Positions 1 through 9,210 of a stretch of DNA of 64,000 bases are shown here, piece after piece. The stretch's first letter is position 1. Each line of letters begins with the position of its first letter. Both the position numbers and the translations under genes were made by a program. Under the pieces are notes generated by a model. The model worked only from the letters and a program-made list of their open reading frames with translations. It had not been told where the DNA came from and made no database searches. Source of the stretch: a candidate division FCPU426 bacterium (lineage in GTDB: Bacteria > Oederibacteriota > PGYV01 > Palsa-1178); NCBI GenBank assembly GCA_963840035.1, contig CAWIXE010000002.1:768001-832000 (forward strand), in the 5' to 3' direction.

Positions 1-1
1 A

Positions 2-1012
2 AGCGACATAGCAAAGATAGCGAAACTAGCCAAAGGCACAGTTTCAATGGCCTTGAACAATGACAGCCGTATTTCGGCTGAGACCAGGAAAAAAGTCCAG
101 AAAATCGCTGAAAAGCTCAATTATTACCCCAATGAATCCGCAAAAAAGCTCGCTACCGGAAACACGGATTCCATAGCTTTTATCTCAATGAAATTTACCG
201 CTTCATTCTACTCAAGCATCTTAAGCGCCGTGGAAGACAGGGCTTTTAAGACGGGGAAATACATGCACGGCATTACGCCGTATTCAACCAGGAATATTTT
301 GAGCGTAAAGGAAAATCTCCTCAAAAAAATATTGTATGGAAGGAAAGCTGACGCTGTAGTGCTTTTTACGTCAAAGCCCAGCGTGGAAATAGTCCAGCAG
401 TATATAAAGAACAGGATACCCCTGATACTCGTGGAAAACGAGATGAAAGGCGTGCATTCGGTTAAGCTTGATGATTTTTCCGGGGCGTATAAGGCTACAG
501 ATTACCTGATAAAAAAATATGGTAAAAATGTCGGAATAATCATAGGAGAAACACAGCCTCCGCTCGGGGAAGAAGCGCACTATCCGTCCATTGAAAGGCT
601 CAAAGGCTATAAAAAAGCTCTCTCTGACAACATGCTTGAGTTTGACAAGAATTATGTAAAATATGTCAGGAATTATTCCTATGATGACGGAAGGGAAAGC
701 ACGCTTTCATTCCTGCGCGCCAAAACACCCATCCGTTCGCTTTTCTGCGCGGCAGGGGATGTTACCGCCATTGGAGCCATAGACCAGCTTAAGAAGGAAA
801 ATATCAGGGTACCGCAGGATATACCTGTCATAGGATATGACGATATTTTAGCCGCGAAATTCCTTAATCCGGCCTTAACCACCGTAAGGCAGCCTCTGGA
901 AGAACTCGGCAATATCATATTTGACATTGCCATTGACTCAATTGAGGGTAAGATAACAGAGGAAAAACACATAAAAATAGAGCCTGAACTTATCAAAAGG
1001 GAATCGGCATGA
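2..1012 (+). CDS. LacI-family transcriptional regulator (5' partial)
   Basis: Frame open from window start (SDIAKIAKLAKGTVSMALN = LacI HTH); C-terminal GYDD..LTTVRQP sugar-binding domain. Confidence 0.93.
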   Translation, partial: SDIAKIAKLAKGTVSMALNNDSRISAETRKKVQKIAEKLNYYPNESAKKLATGNTDSIAFISMKFTASFYSSILSAVEDRAFKTGKYMHGITPYSTRNILSVKENLLKKILYGRKADAVVLFTSKPSVEIVQQYIKNRIPLILVENEMKGVHSVKLDDFSGAYKATDYLIKKYGKNVGIIIGETQPPLGEEAHYPSIERLKGYKKALSDNMLEFDKNYVKYVRNYSYDDGRESTLSFLRAKTPIRSLFCAAGDVTAIGAIDQLKKENIRVPQDIPVIGYDDILAAKFLNPALTTVRQPLEELGNIIFDIAIDSIEGKITEEKHIKIEPELIKRESA

Positions 1013-2040
1013 AAAAAGTAACCATAAGGGACGTTGCAAAAGCCGCAAAAGTTTCTTATGTGACAGTTTCAAACGTGATTAATTCAACGGGCAGGATGTC
1101 TGAAAAGACAAAAAACAGGGTTTTAAAGGTCATTGAAAAAATGGACTTTCACCCGGATTTGTCAGCCAGGATACTGGCCCGTGGAAAGTCGGACGCGATT
1201 GCATTTGTAAGTTCATACCTTTCTTCGCCGTTTGTAATTGGCGTGCTTTCAGGGGTGGAACGCCGTATCTTTGAGACGGATAAGATGAAGCACAGGCTGG
1301 AGCATTATGCCACGCACGGCGCTACGGAACTCAAGGACGTAACCCTTAAAAACATACTTTACGGAAAAAAGGCTGACGCGGTAATAATGCTGACCATCAA
1401 ACCCGACATAAAACTGATGAAACAGTTCAAGGAAAGGGCCATACCTGTTATTCTTGTGGAAAACTCGACGCCGGGCGCGCATAGCGTAAGGATTGACAAT
1501 TACCGCGGTTCCTATGACGCGGTGGATTACCTTGTCAAAAAAGGAAGAAAGAAGATAGTATACATAAGCGGGCCCATGGGGCCAAGCGCCTATGATGAAG
1601 AGGAAAACCCTGTGGTCATGGACAGATTTAACGGTTATAAAGACGCGCTAAAGGACAATGGCATTGAGTTTGACCAGAACATGGTTTTTCCTGTGATATA
1701 TTTTAACCAGGAGGAAGGCATGCGCATTATGGAACTGCTGCGCAGGTCGTCCATGAAGGCAGACGCCATTTTTTCAGCGGCGGGCGACATGGTTGCGCTT
1801 GGCATCCTTTATCAGGCAAAAAAATACGGGATAAAAATCCCTGAGGATATTTCACTTGTGGGGTTTGATGATGTGGCGGTGGCTTCGGTAATGACCCCGC
1901 CGCTTACAACCGTAAGACAGCCGATGGATGAAATGGGAAGAGTGGCATTTGACCTGGCAGTAAAGTCGCTTGATGACCCCAATTTAAAAACACAGACAAT
2001 TATTTTAAAACCGGAACTTATAATACGGGAAAGCACATAA
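1009..2040 (+). CDS. LacI-family transcriptional regulator
   Basis: VTIRDVAKAAKVSYVTVSNVIN HTH; GFDD..PPLTTVRQP; ATGA overlap with upstream paralog. Confidence 0.95.
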   Translation: MKKVTIRDVAKAAKVSYVTVSNVINSTGRMSEKTKNRVLKVIEKMDFHPDLSARILARGKSDAIAFVSSYLSSPFVIGVLSGVERRIFETDKMKHRLEHYATHGATELKDVTLKNILYGKKADAVIMLTIKPDIKLMKQFKERAIPVILVENSTPGAHSVRIDNYRGSYDAVDYLVKKGRKKIVYISGPMGPSAYDEEENPVVMDRFNGYKDALKDNGIEFDQNMVFPVIYFNQEEGMRIMELLRRSSMKADAIFSAAGDMVALGILYQAKKYGIKIPEDISLVGFDDVAVASVMTPPLTTVRQPMDEMGRVAFDLAVKSLDDPNLKTQTIILKPELIIREST

Positions 2041-2089
2041 TTTATAGATGTTTTTTACGTTTTGTCCTAAAAAAAACCTGACGAAAAAT

Positions 2090-2117
2090 TTGACTTGTTG
2101 AATTCGAATGCTATAAT
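2090..2117 (+). promoter_or_regulatory. sigma70-type promoter for diguanylate cyclase
   Basis: TTGACT-16 bp-TATAAT with extended -10 TG. Confidence 0.55.
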
Positions 2118-2246
2118 AGTAATATAAATATAAAACTGCATTTAAAGGCAGACTTACGGGTCTCTAAACAAAAATATTGTTATAACCTAATATACCCAAA
2201 ATCAACTCAAATCACCCTGTGCGTATTCTGTTTCCCGGGAGGGATT

Positions 2247-4592
2247 ATGAGCCGACCGCTGCGCTTACTTATTATTGACGATTCCGAGCCTGATTCCATA
2301 CTTATTATTAATGAGTTAAAAAACTACGGATTTAATATGTCATGGATGCGGGTGGATACAGCTGACGCGCTTAAACACGAGCTACACACAAAAGAGTGGG
2401 ATATAATAATATGCGATTATATCATGCCCATGTTTTCAGCCATGGACGCCATAAATATCATCAATAAAGAAAAAATTGATGTCCCGGTCATTGTAATGAC
2501 AGGCATGCTCACCGATGACATAGCGCCTGAATTGATAAGGGCCGGAGCGAGCGACTTTATATCGAAAAATGAAATAAACAGGCTTTCAGCCGCTGTCGAG
2601 CGGGAGTTAAAAAGGACTGTGGCCGCAGTTGAGGAGAAAATAACAGAAGAGGAAAAAAAGATCAAAACCTTTAGCAAGCCGGTTTACAGGAAACCGCTGC
2701 TGAACATCGCAGGCAGGTTTGCCGTGGTCTTTGGGATAATTTCTGCTGTAGTCATATCCTACACGCTGATAATTGCGTTTAAGTCGGCAAAGGACACTGA
2801 AGCGCTGATATACGCGCAGGTGGTAGCCATGTCAGGCTCGGTTGCGTCCGCGATAAGCGATTTTAATACCCATGATAACGGCATTAGCGGGGAATCGCTC
2901 GTTAAGACGCAGGAATATTTAAAAGACTTGAAAAATACCCTTAACTATGAATCCGCAGTCATATTGCCGGGTGGGGGAATACTGGCAGGTTTTGGTTCTG
3001 TTGCAAACAGTATTTACAAGGCCGGCATGGGAAGTTCGGTTGACAGGGTTATGGAAGACGGCGCCACGATGAAAATCCGGCTGCCATCCGATAACGGACA
3101 TATCGCCGAGGTACTGCTCACCAGGATTAACAAATTTTCAGGGCCGGTTGAAGGCGTCCTGGCCATTGATTATTCGGACTACTACAGCGCAGTGACCGAA
3201 CTTGCACGGGTCAACGCTGAAATTGGGTTGTTAATAATTGCTTTCTCGCTGATTATTATCGCGCTGGCGGTTTATCTCGCGGCTGATTCCTTTATACGCC
3301 CCATACGCGAGATTAAAAAGGCTACGGAGCTTATTTCGGCAGGCGACCTTGATACTCCGGTAAATATTAAAAGCTTTGATGAAATGGGCGAAATTGCCTT
3401 GTCTTTTGACGGAATGAGGGCATGCCTGAAGGAGAACATGGAAAAATTGAAGGCGGAAATCAGCGACAGGCACCTTGCCGAGCAGGCGCTTCAGTCGCTT
3501 CATCTTAAGCTTACAAGGTGGGTATCGGAGCTTGATAAAAGGACCCACGAAATAACCCTTATGAACCAGATGGGAAAGATGCTTCAGTCCTGTAAAAACG
3601 TGGAGGAATTCCATCAGGTTACTTTGCGTTACGCGGAACAGCTTTTTCCGGATGACCACGGCGCCGTTTACATGTTCAATGATTCCGGAAAGTTCATGGA
3701 AGCGGTATGCATGTGGGGGAAAGAACCCATAGAACACAGTTTTGCCCCGGATGAATGCTGGTCTTTACGCAGCGGCCATCTGTATACGGCTGACTCGCCG
3801 GATAACCCCAATATGCTTTGCAGGCATATAAGGGCAAGGGGTTTTGACAAGAGCCAGGTTGAGACCATATGCGTGCCCATGATGGCGCAGGGCGAGACCA
3901 TAGGCATGTTCCACATACGCAGCACCCCCAAGCCGGGCGATACCGCCACGAACATCCATTCAAAGAGAAGTTTTGCCAGGGAACAGCTGGTAGGGGCGGT
4001 AGCGGAGCAAATCACCCTTGCGCTGTCAAATCTGAAGCTGCAGGATTCCTTAAGGCAGCAGTTAATATTGGACCCCCTGACCGGCCTCTTTAACAGGCGC
4101 TACATGAAAGATTCGCTTGAAAGAGAATTGTACAGGGCTAAAAGGCACAATATCCCGTTTGGCGTCATTATGCTGGACATTGATTTCTTTAAGAAATTCA
4201 ATGATTCATACGGACATGATATCGGGGATATGGTCCTGGAACGCATAGGAAAGCTTATCAAATCAGCGGTTAGGCCTGAGGATATAGCGTGCAGGTACGG
4301 CGGCGAGGAATTTCTTGTTATTTTGCCCGGGACTACCATGGAAGGGACAAATCAGTGCGCGGCAAGGATACTCAGCGAGTCGCATAACATAAAGATAAAA
4401 AATAAGGGTGTGATGCTGGGCGGGGTTACAGTATCGCTTGGAGTGGCGGCTTTCCCCGCAAACGGGGTTACGATAGAACAGGTGGTAAAGGCGGCTGATA
4501 ACGCGCTTCTGGAGGCGAAAAATTCCGGAAGGGACCGGATAATACTGAGCAATGAGACCTTCCCCCTGGCGGATAATCAACATTTACAATAA
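2247..4592 (+). CDS. Membrane diguanylate cyclase (REC-TM-sensor-TM-HAMP-GAF-GGDEF)
   Basis: LLIIDD/IICDYIMP receiver, two hydrophobic helices, HAMP (DEMGEIALSF), GAF (CWSLRSG, CVPMMAQGE), RPED I-site and RYGGEEF. Confidence 0.92.
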   Translation: MSRPLRLLIIDDSEPDSILIINELKNYGFNMSWMRVDTADALKHELHTKEWDIIICDYIMPMFSAMDAINIINKEKIDVPVIVMTGMLTDDIAPELIRAGASDFISKNEINRLSAAVERELKRTVAAVEEKITEEEKKIKTFSKPVYRKPLLNIAGRFAVVFGIISAVVISYTLIIAFKSAKDTEALIYAQVVAMSGSVASAISDFNTHDNGISGESLVKTQEYLKDLKNTLNYESAVILPGGGILAGFGSVANSIYKAGMGSSVDRVMEDGATMKIRLPSDNGHIAEVLLTRINKFSGPVEGVLAIDYSDYYSAVTELARVNAEIGLLIIAFSLIIIALAVYLAADSFIRPIREIKKATELISAGDLDTPVNIKSFDEMGEIALSFDGMRACLKENMEKLKAEISDRHLAEQALQSLHLKLTRWVSELDKRTHEITLMNQMGKMLQSCKNVEEFHQVTLRYAEQLFPDDHGAVYMFNDSGKFMEAVCMWGKEPIEHSFAPDECWSLRSGHLYTADSPDNPNMLCRHIRARGFDKSQVETICVPMMAQGETIGMFHIRSTPKPGDTATNIHSKRSFAREQLVGAVAEQITLALSNLKLQDSLRQQLILDPLTGLFNRRYMKDSLERELYRAKRHNIPFGVIMLDIDFFKKFNDSYGHDIGDMVLERIGKLIKSAVRPEDIACRYGGEEFLVILPGTTMEGTNQCAARILSESHNIKIKNKGVMLGGVTVSLGVAAFPANGVTIEQVVKAADNALLEAKNSGRDRIILSNETFPLADNQHLQ

Positions 4593-4617
4593 GATCATAT
4601 TTTTATGGAGGTGATCC

Positions 4618-5076
4618 ATGGCAACAGAGGTAAAATGCGCTGACATTTTGATTGTTGAGGATAACCCCGGTGACGCAAAACTTGTAATGATGGCAATCAG
4701 GAAATCCGACCCGGGGAAAGAGGTCCTTTGGCTTGAAGACGGTGAAAAAGCCCTTAATTACCTTATGGGTGAAGGCGCGTACTCAACCCGCAATACAAAG
4801 AACCAGCCGCAGCTTATTCTCCTTGACCTGACATTGCCAAAACTAAGCGGAAAAGAACTGCTTCGGAAACTTAAGGCGAGTAAAATAACAAATAAGATAG
4901 AGATTGTTATCCTGACCGGGTCACAAAATGAGGCGGATCTGGCTGAGAGTTATGGATTTGGCGTTAAGACATATATCAGGAAACAGATAGCGGCAAAGAA
5001 CTGTATCAGGTTCATATGCGGCGAGGGCAGGGAAAATGACATAGAAAAGATACTTTCAGAGGCCTACAAGGAATAA
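4618..5076 (+). CDS. Single-domain response regulator (Rcp1/CheY-like)
   Basis: ILIVEDNPGD, LILLDLTLPKLSG, VILTGS. Confidence 0.88.
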   Translation: MATEVKCADILIVEDNPGDAKLVMMAIRKSDPGKEVLWLEDGEKALNYLMGEGAYSTRNTKNQPQLILLDLTLPKLSGKELLRKLKASKITNKIEIVILTGSQNEADLAESYGFGVKTYIRKQIAAKNCIRFICGEGRENDIEKILSEAYKE

Positions 5077-5129
5077 TTTTACGCCATTAATCCGGTTATG
5101 GTATAATTTTAATATGACCGGAGGTTAAA

Positions 5130-6341
5130 ATGGCTGAAACAGGCGGTAAAAACAATTCTTTTTTTTCAGGGATGTACGCTTTAGCCGCGATAGGGGTCGT
5201 GGTTTTCGCCGCGGCAGGGCTTGACCTGCTAAGCACACGGACAGGCATTATTTTCCTCGCGCTTTACACTCTAATGGCAGTCCTTTTCATAACCGGACAC
5301 ATAAAAATACTCTTCCTTGGTTTTGCCTTAATTTCCACGGCGCTTACATTCTCTTTCCTTTGGATATCGGCTGATTTAAACATCATAGCAGGCCCGCCGG
5401 GACTTATATTTCTGGTGATGTGGACCGTTGTTATGATGCTTTTCCTGGAATACTTCTTTGTCTCATCTGATAAAAGGCTGGAAAAAATGGATTTCTATAA
5501 AAAATACACCTTTTTGAATATGCTCCAGGTATTCATAATCATGATATCAATGGCGCTGGTTTTCTTCGGCCCCAGGATCACTGCCCTTGAAGGCAACACC
5601 CAGGCAATTGTGCTTGACCTGGTTACTGTGCTGGTCATACTCTTTACCGCATCAGCGGTATTATTCGGTATTTTCATATATCAGAATTTTTCCTCTGCCA
5701 GGTTCATGGCCGATTTCGCGCAGTCGCTATCGGGGTTGTCATCCGGCGCTGAAAGTGAAAAACCGCCTGTTGAAATTGAGAAGACCTTCAGGCGGATGCG
5801 GCTTTTCAGCTATGTGCTTTTAGCCGCCTCGCTCATAAGCATTTACCTGATAGCCAGATACAGGATAATTGACATTTATGCGTCAGTAATGTCACAAAGA
5901 AACAGCTTTATGTACGCGCTGATGAACTTCAGGCTGCCGCCGGCTGTGCTGTCGCTCATGAAAACAGGCTTTTTCATCTTTGATATCATTATCCTGAAGG
6001 AAATAATTGAAATGCTGACCCATAAGAAAATAGGGGACCTTATAAATAACCTGATTGACAAAACAGCACCTGTTAAAGGCGGGCCTTTTAGTGCTGCTGA
6101 AACAGGAGAGGGAAGGTTAATCAAGGGTTTTATCAGCGAAAATTGCGCCTTAAAGCACGGCACAAAAGACGGGTTGTGCGATGTTTGCGCGCCGGTACTT
6201 GAATACGCTATGGCAAAGCTTCAGGTTTGCCCGTACATGCGCGGCAATATATACGAAAAGCCGCCATGCAGCGCGTGCCCAAAAGACTGCTATAGCCCGG
6301 ACATGAGAGCCTTTGTTAAGGATATATACAAATACTGGTAA
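5130..6341 (+). CDS. Multi-pass membrane protein with C-terminal YgbA-like Cys-rich domain
   Basis: About 8 hydrophobic segments then C..H..LCDVC..LEYA..KL..CPY..KPPCSACPKDCYSPDMR, matching the 7256-7591 protein. Confidence 0.75.
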   Translation: MAETGGKNNSFFSGMYALAAIGVVVFAAAGLDLLSTRTGIIFLALYTLMAVLFITGHIKILFLGFALISTALTFSFLWISADLNIIAGPPGLIFLVMWTVVMMLFLEYFFVSSDKRLEKMDFYKKYTFLNMLQVFIIMISMALVFFGPRITALEGNTQAIVLDLVTVLVILFTASAVLFGIFIYQNFSSARFMADFAQSLSGLSSGAESEKPPVEIEKTFRRMRLFSYVLLAASLISIYLIARYRIIDIYASVMSQRNSFMYALMNFRLPPAVLSLMKTGFFIFDIIILKEIIEMLTHKKIGDLINNLIDKTAPVKGGPFSAAETGEGRLIKGFISENCALKHGTKDGLCDVCAPVLEYAMAKLQVCPYMRGNIYEKPPCSACPKDCYSPDMRAFVKDIYKYW

Positions 6342-6399
6342 TTTGTTTTGTTTTTTGATACCATTAAGGTATAATTAAGAAAAAATAAAGGCGGGATAC

Positions 6400-7242
6400 A
6401 TGGCAGAAAACATGAATGTGCGTAAGAAAACAGATTCACATACCGTTGCTGTCGTAACTCCCCTGGTGGCAAACAGTTTTTTAAGCGAACTTTTAGAGGG
6501 CATCCAGACGGAATTTATGAAACTGGAATACGACATGCTTCTTTACGCTACCAGGGTGGCCGCCAAAAATGATTTTTATATACTTGAGAGGATACTGAAG
6601 GAAAAGAAGGTCTCGGCCTGCATAGTGGTGTCGCTGCCCATGAGCAGGGACATGCTTTCCGCGTATAAAGCGGCGGGCATTGAAGTGGTTTTAGTTGAAG
6701 GGCACCAGGAAGGAGCGCACCTGGTAAGGGTCGATAACACAAAGGGGGCTTATGACGGCACCGAGTACTTAATCAGGAAGGGGAAAAAGCGCGTGGGCGT
6801 CATACTCGGCAATCCTGATTATGTTAAGTCCCAGAAGGAACGTCTTGACGGGTATAAGGCTGCGTTGGAGGCCAATAAGATTAAATATGACCCCAGATAT
6901 GTCTGGGAACTCAATAATTACGCCTATAAAGAAGGCAGGGAAGGATTGCTTTATATGTGGGAAAATTACGCTGACGCGGTCTTTTGTTTCGCCGGGGACC
7001 ACGTGGCCTATGGCATCATAGAAGAGGCGAGAAAGCAGGATATACGCGTTCCGGTGGATATGCCTGTCATGGGTTTCGACGATATTGAAATGTCGGCTGC
7101 GGTCAACCTTACCACCATCCGTCAGCCCATAAGGGAAATGGGAATAGCGGCCTCAAAGTTTGCCATTAACGCTTTAAACGGACATAAGGAAATTCAGGAG
7201 GCAGTATTTACGCCTGAACTTATCATCAGGGAAACCGCATAA
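6400..7242 (+). CDS. LacI-type ligand-binding domain protein lacking the HTH
   Basis: Begins at TVAVV core region; GFDDIEMS..LTTIRQP..PELIIRET; no HTH. Confidence 0.85.
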   Translation: MAENMNVRKKTDSHTVAVVTPLVANSFLSELLEGIQTEFMKLEYDMLLYATRVAAKNDFYILERILKEKKVSACIVVSLPMSRDMLSAYKAAGIEVVLVEGHQEGAHLVRVDNTKGAYDGTEYLIRKGKKRVGVILGNPDYVKSQKERLDGYKAALEANKIKYDPRYVWELNNYAYKEGREGLLYMWENYADAVFCFAGDHVAYGIIEEARKQDIRVPVDMPVMGFDDIEMSAAVNLTTIRQPIREMGIAASKFAINALNGHKEIQEAVFTPELIIRETA

Positions 7243-7255
7243 AAGGAATTTCTAC

Positions 7256-7591
7256 ATGAATGAGGATAAAAAGATAAAAAGGGAACGCGAAACAATAAAA
7301 ATAATGATAAAAATGTACTGCCATGACATCCATAAGACTCCAAAAAGTGTTCTTTGCGGCGACTGCAGCCGGATTACGGATTACGCCATGCAGAGAATCG
7401 ACAAATGTCCCTTCATTTTGGACAAGCCAACCTGCCTGAAGTGCCCGGTGCATTGCTACAGCCCGGAAAACAGGGAGCACATCCGGCGGATTATGCGCCA
7501 CAGCGGCCCGAGGATGCTTGGAAGCCATCCTGTCCTGGCAATTTTGCACCTTCTTGACGGTTCGAGGAGGGTAAAATATCCGCTGAAGTGA
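7256..7591 (+). CDS. ygbA: YgbA family (nitrous oxide-stimulated promoter) protein
   Basis: RERETIKIMIKMYC..H..LCGDC..YAMQRIDKCPF..KPTCLKCPVHCY..MRHSGPRML..HP..HL. Confidence 0.88.
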   Translation: MNEDKKIKRERETIKIMIKMYCHDIHKTPKSVLCGDCSRITDYAMQRIDKCPFILDKPTCLKCPVHCYSPENREHIRRIMRHSGPRMLGSHPVLAILHLLDGSRRVKYPLK

Positions 7592-8196
7592 AGTTACACA
7601 TCCTGAAACTTCCGTTCCGGGACGTTTCAGACCCTGTCCGGGCGCGCTCTCGGGTGATTTTTTCAGAATTTTTTCTGTTTTCACTCTCCTTTAAAATTTT
7701 TTTTTAAGAAAATAAAAAAAATCGTCCGCGTGAAAAAAACGCGAAAAATATGTTTGACCAGCCTAACAATGTCTAAAAAAAACACTGATTTCTCACCAGG
7801 ATCGTTTCTGTTGAGAGATTTTTATTTTCGGCTACAATCACCCTGGCAAAAAAAAATATCGCGTTTTTTATTTTAGGTTTTTTTATGGATGTTCGGCGCT
7901 CCGGGACCATATAAAATTTTATAAAGCGGGACGATTTTGGGGCAACTTGTACACCGGGAAGAAACACGTGCGCGATTTAAGCTGCCGGTCATGGATGCGG
8001 ATGCAATTGAACCCGGGACCAGCCGGACTACCATATTTGGGGCTTTTTTAGGGGGTGCAGATATGCCTGCCTTATAAAAATATCGCGTTGTAGGGCATCC
8101 TGAACGCCCGATAAACACATAACAATGCTGCAATCAGGCTATAATTGCTTTGTTTTGATGATTATATTGAAAGTTATAATACACATGTGCATGCGT

Positions 8197-8228
8197 TGTG
8201 GATAGGGGAGTTATCCACATATGGATAA
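8197..8228. promoter_or_regulatory. Cluster of three DnaA-box-like 9-mers
   Basis: TGTGGATAG (8197, -, 1 mismatch), TTATCCACA (8211, perfect), TATGGATAA (8220, -, 1 mismatch). Confidence 0.55.
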
Positions 8229-8495
8229 GGTGTGAATTGCACAAAGGCTATTTTAAATTTTCGATTTTCAATTTTAAATTTAGAAAACAAATATAGATCT
8301 TAAAGATTTGTAACCCAACTATGGCCTAGAAAAAACATTAAGCATATAAAAAAATCCCATACAAACATGGCGGATAGTTTTGAGTTAAAGTATTGGATGA
8401 AGATTAAAAATCGACCACGAGCCGCCGGACAGCCTGCGGGGCTGCGCGGCAGTGAAGGCAACGTTAATTATGTACGGTTTATTTTCGGACATTCT

Positions 8496-8523
8496 AGTTA
8501 ACATAATATACATTATGCGAAGT
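8496..8523 (-). other. dif: dif site (XerC/XerD chromosome dimer resolution)
   Basis: Reverse complement ACTTCGCATAA-TGTATA-TTATGTTAACT versus E. coli GGTGCGCATAA-TGTATA-TTATGTTAAAT; intergenic, at the gene-orientation switch. Confidence 0.9.
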
Positions 8524-8685
8524 TGAACGAAATAGCGCAATTGCTTTGAGTTTAATGTATTTGATTGTTTTGCGTGTTTTGATCCCGTATATTCATGGTG
8601 TTTAATCTCCACATATTTGTACTTATATTGTCTATGTTGCAGCAACCAGTGGCTATATTACCTGTTTAGGTGCCTTATGGAAGAC

Positions 8686-8898
8686 TTACCAAGGCCTGGA
8701 CCATTACTAAGGCCTGGACCATTACCAAGGCCCAGACCATTACCAAGGCCCAGACCATTACCAAGGCCCAGACCATTACCAAGGCCCAGACCATTACCAA
8801 GGCCCGGACCATTACCAAGGCCCAGACCATTACCAAGGCCCGGACCATTACCAAGGCCCGGACCATTACCAAGGCCCGGACCATTACCAAGGCCCGGA
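8686..8898. repeat. 18-bp tandem array, 11 full + 1 partial units
   Basis: Unit TTACCAAGGCCYRGACCA, contiguous with no spacers. Confidence 0.97.
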
Positions 8899-9164
8899 TT
8901 GCGAATCTGTTTATTAAGATAATCTGCAGCCGTAAATATTGTTGAAATTATTTATGTTAGAAATATAAAAATTCTGCAAGTGTCGGCTGATTTTTTTAAT
9001 AATTTATACAGGAAAATTATGGCCGATTATAGAATTTATGAAATGTGTTTAAATAGTAAAAATTGACGGTAACGGCGGTATCCCGGCATGTACGCCGTAA
9101 TGTGGTTTAAACGTATAAAGTTAGCGATACCTAACTCTTTTTGTGAAGCTTATAACGGGCATAA

Positions 9165-9195
9165 AAAAGGGCCGGCATTAAATGCCGGCCCTTTT
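9165..9195 (-). terminator. Intrinsic (bidirectional) terminator
   Basis: AAAAGGGCCGGCAT-TAA-ATGCCGGCCCTTTT, 15 bp past the stop at 9211. Confidence 0.85.
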
Positions 9196-9210
9196 AAACA
9201 GCTTTACTGA

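Noticed and set aside
2120..2246. c-di-GMP riboswitch upstream of the cyclase
   Set aside because: Could not identify the conserved GEMM stems or tetraloop/receptor; an Rfam scan would settle it
8197..8350. Chromosomal oriC
   Set aside because: No dnaA/dnaN nearby, genes converge rather than diverge, dif is adjacent, and part of the AT-rich tract is a heptamer repeat
7226..8645. Short ORFs in the terminus gap (7226-7684, 7773-7967, 7873-8133, 8385-8645)
   Set aside because: No recognisable motifs or good starts; one is antisense to ygbA and one spans dif
8686..8898. CRISPR array
   Set aside because: Units are contiguous with no unique spacers; no cas genes in the window
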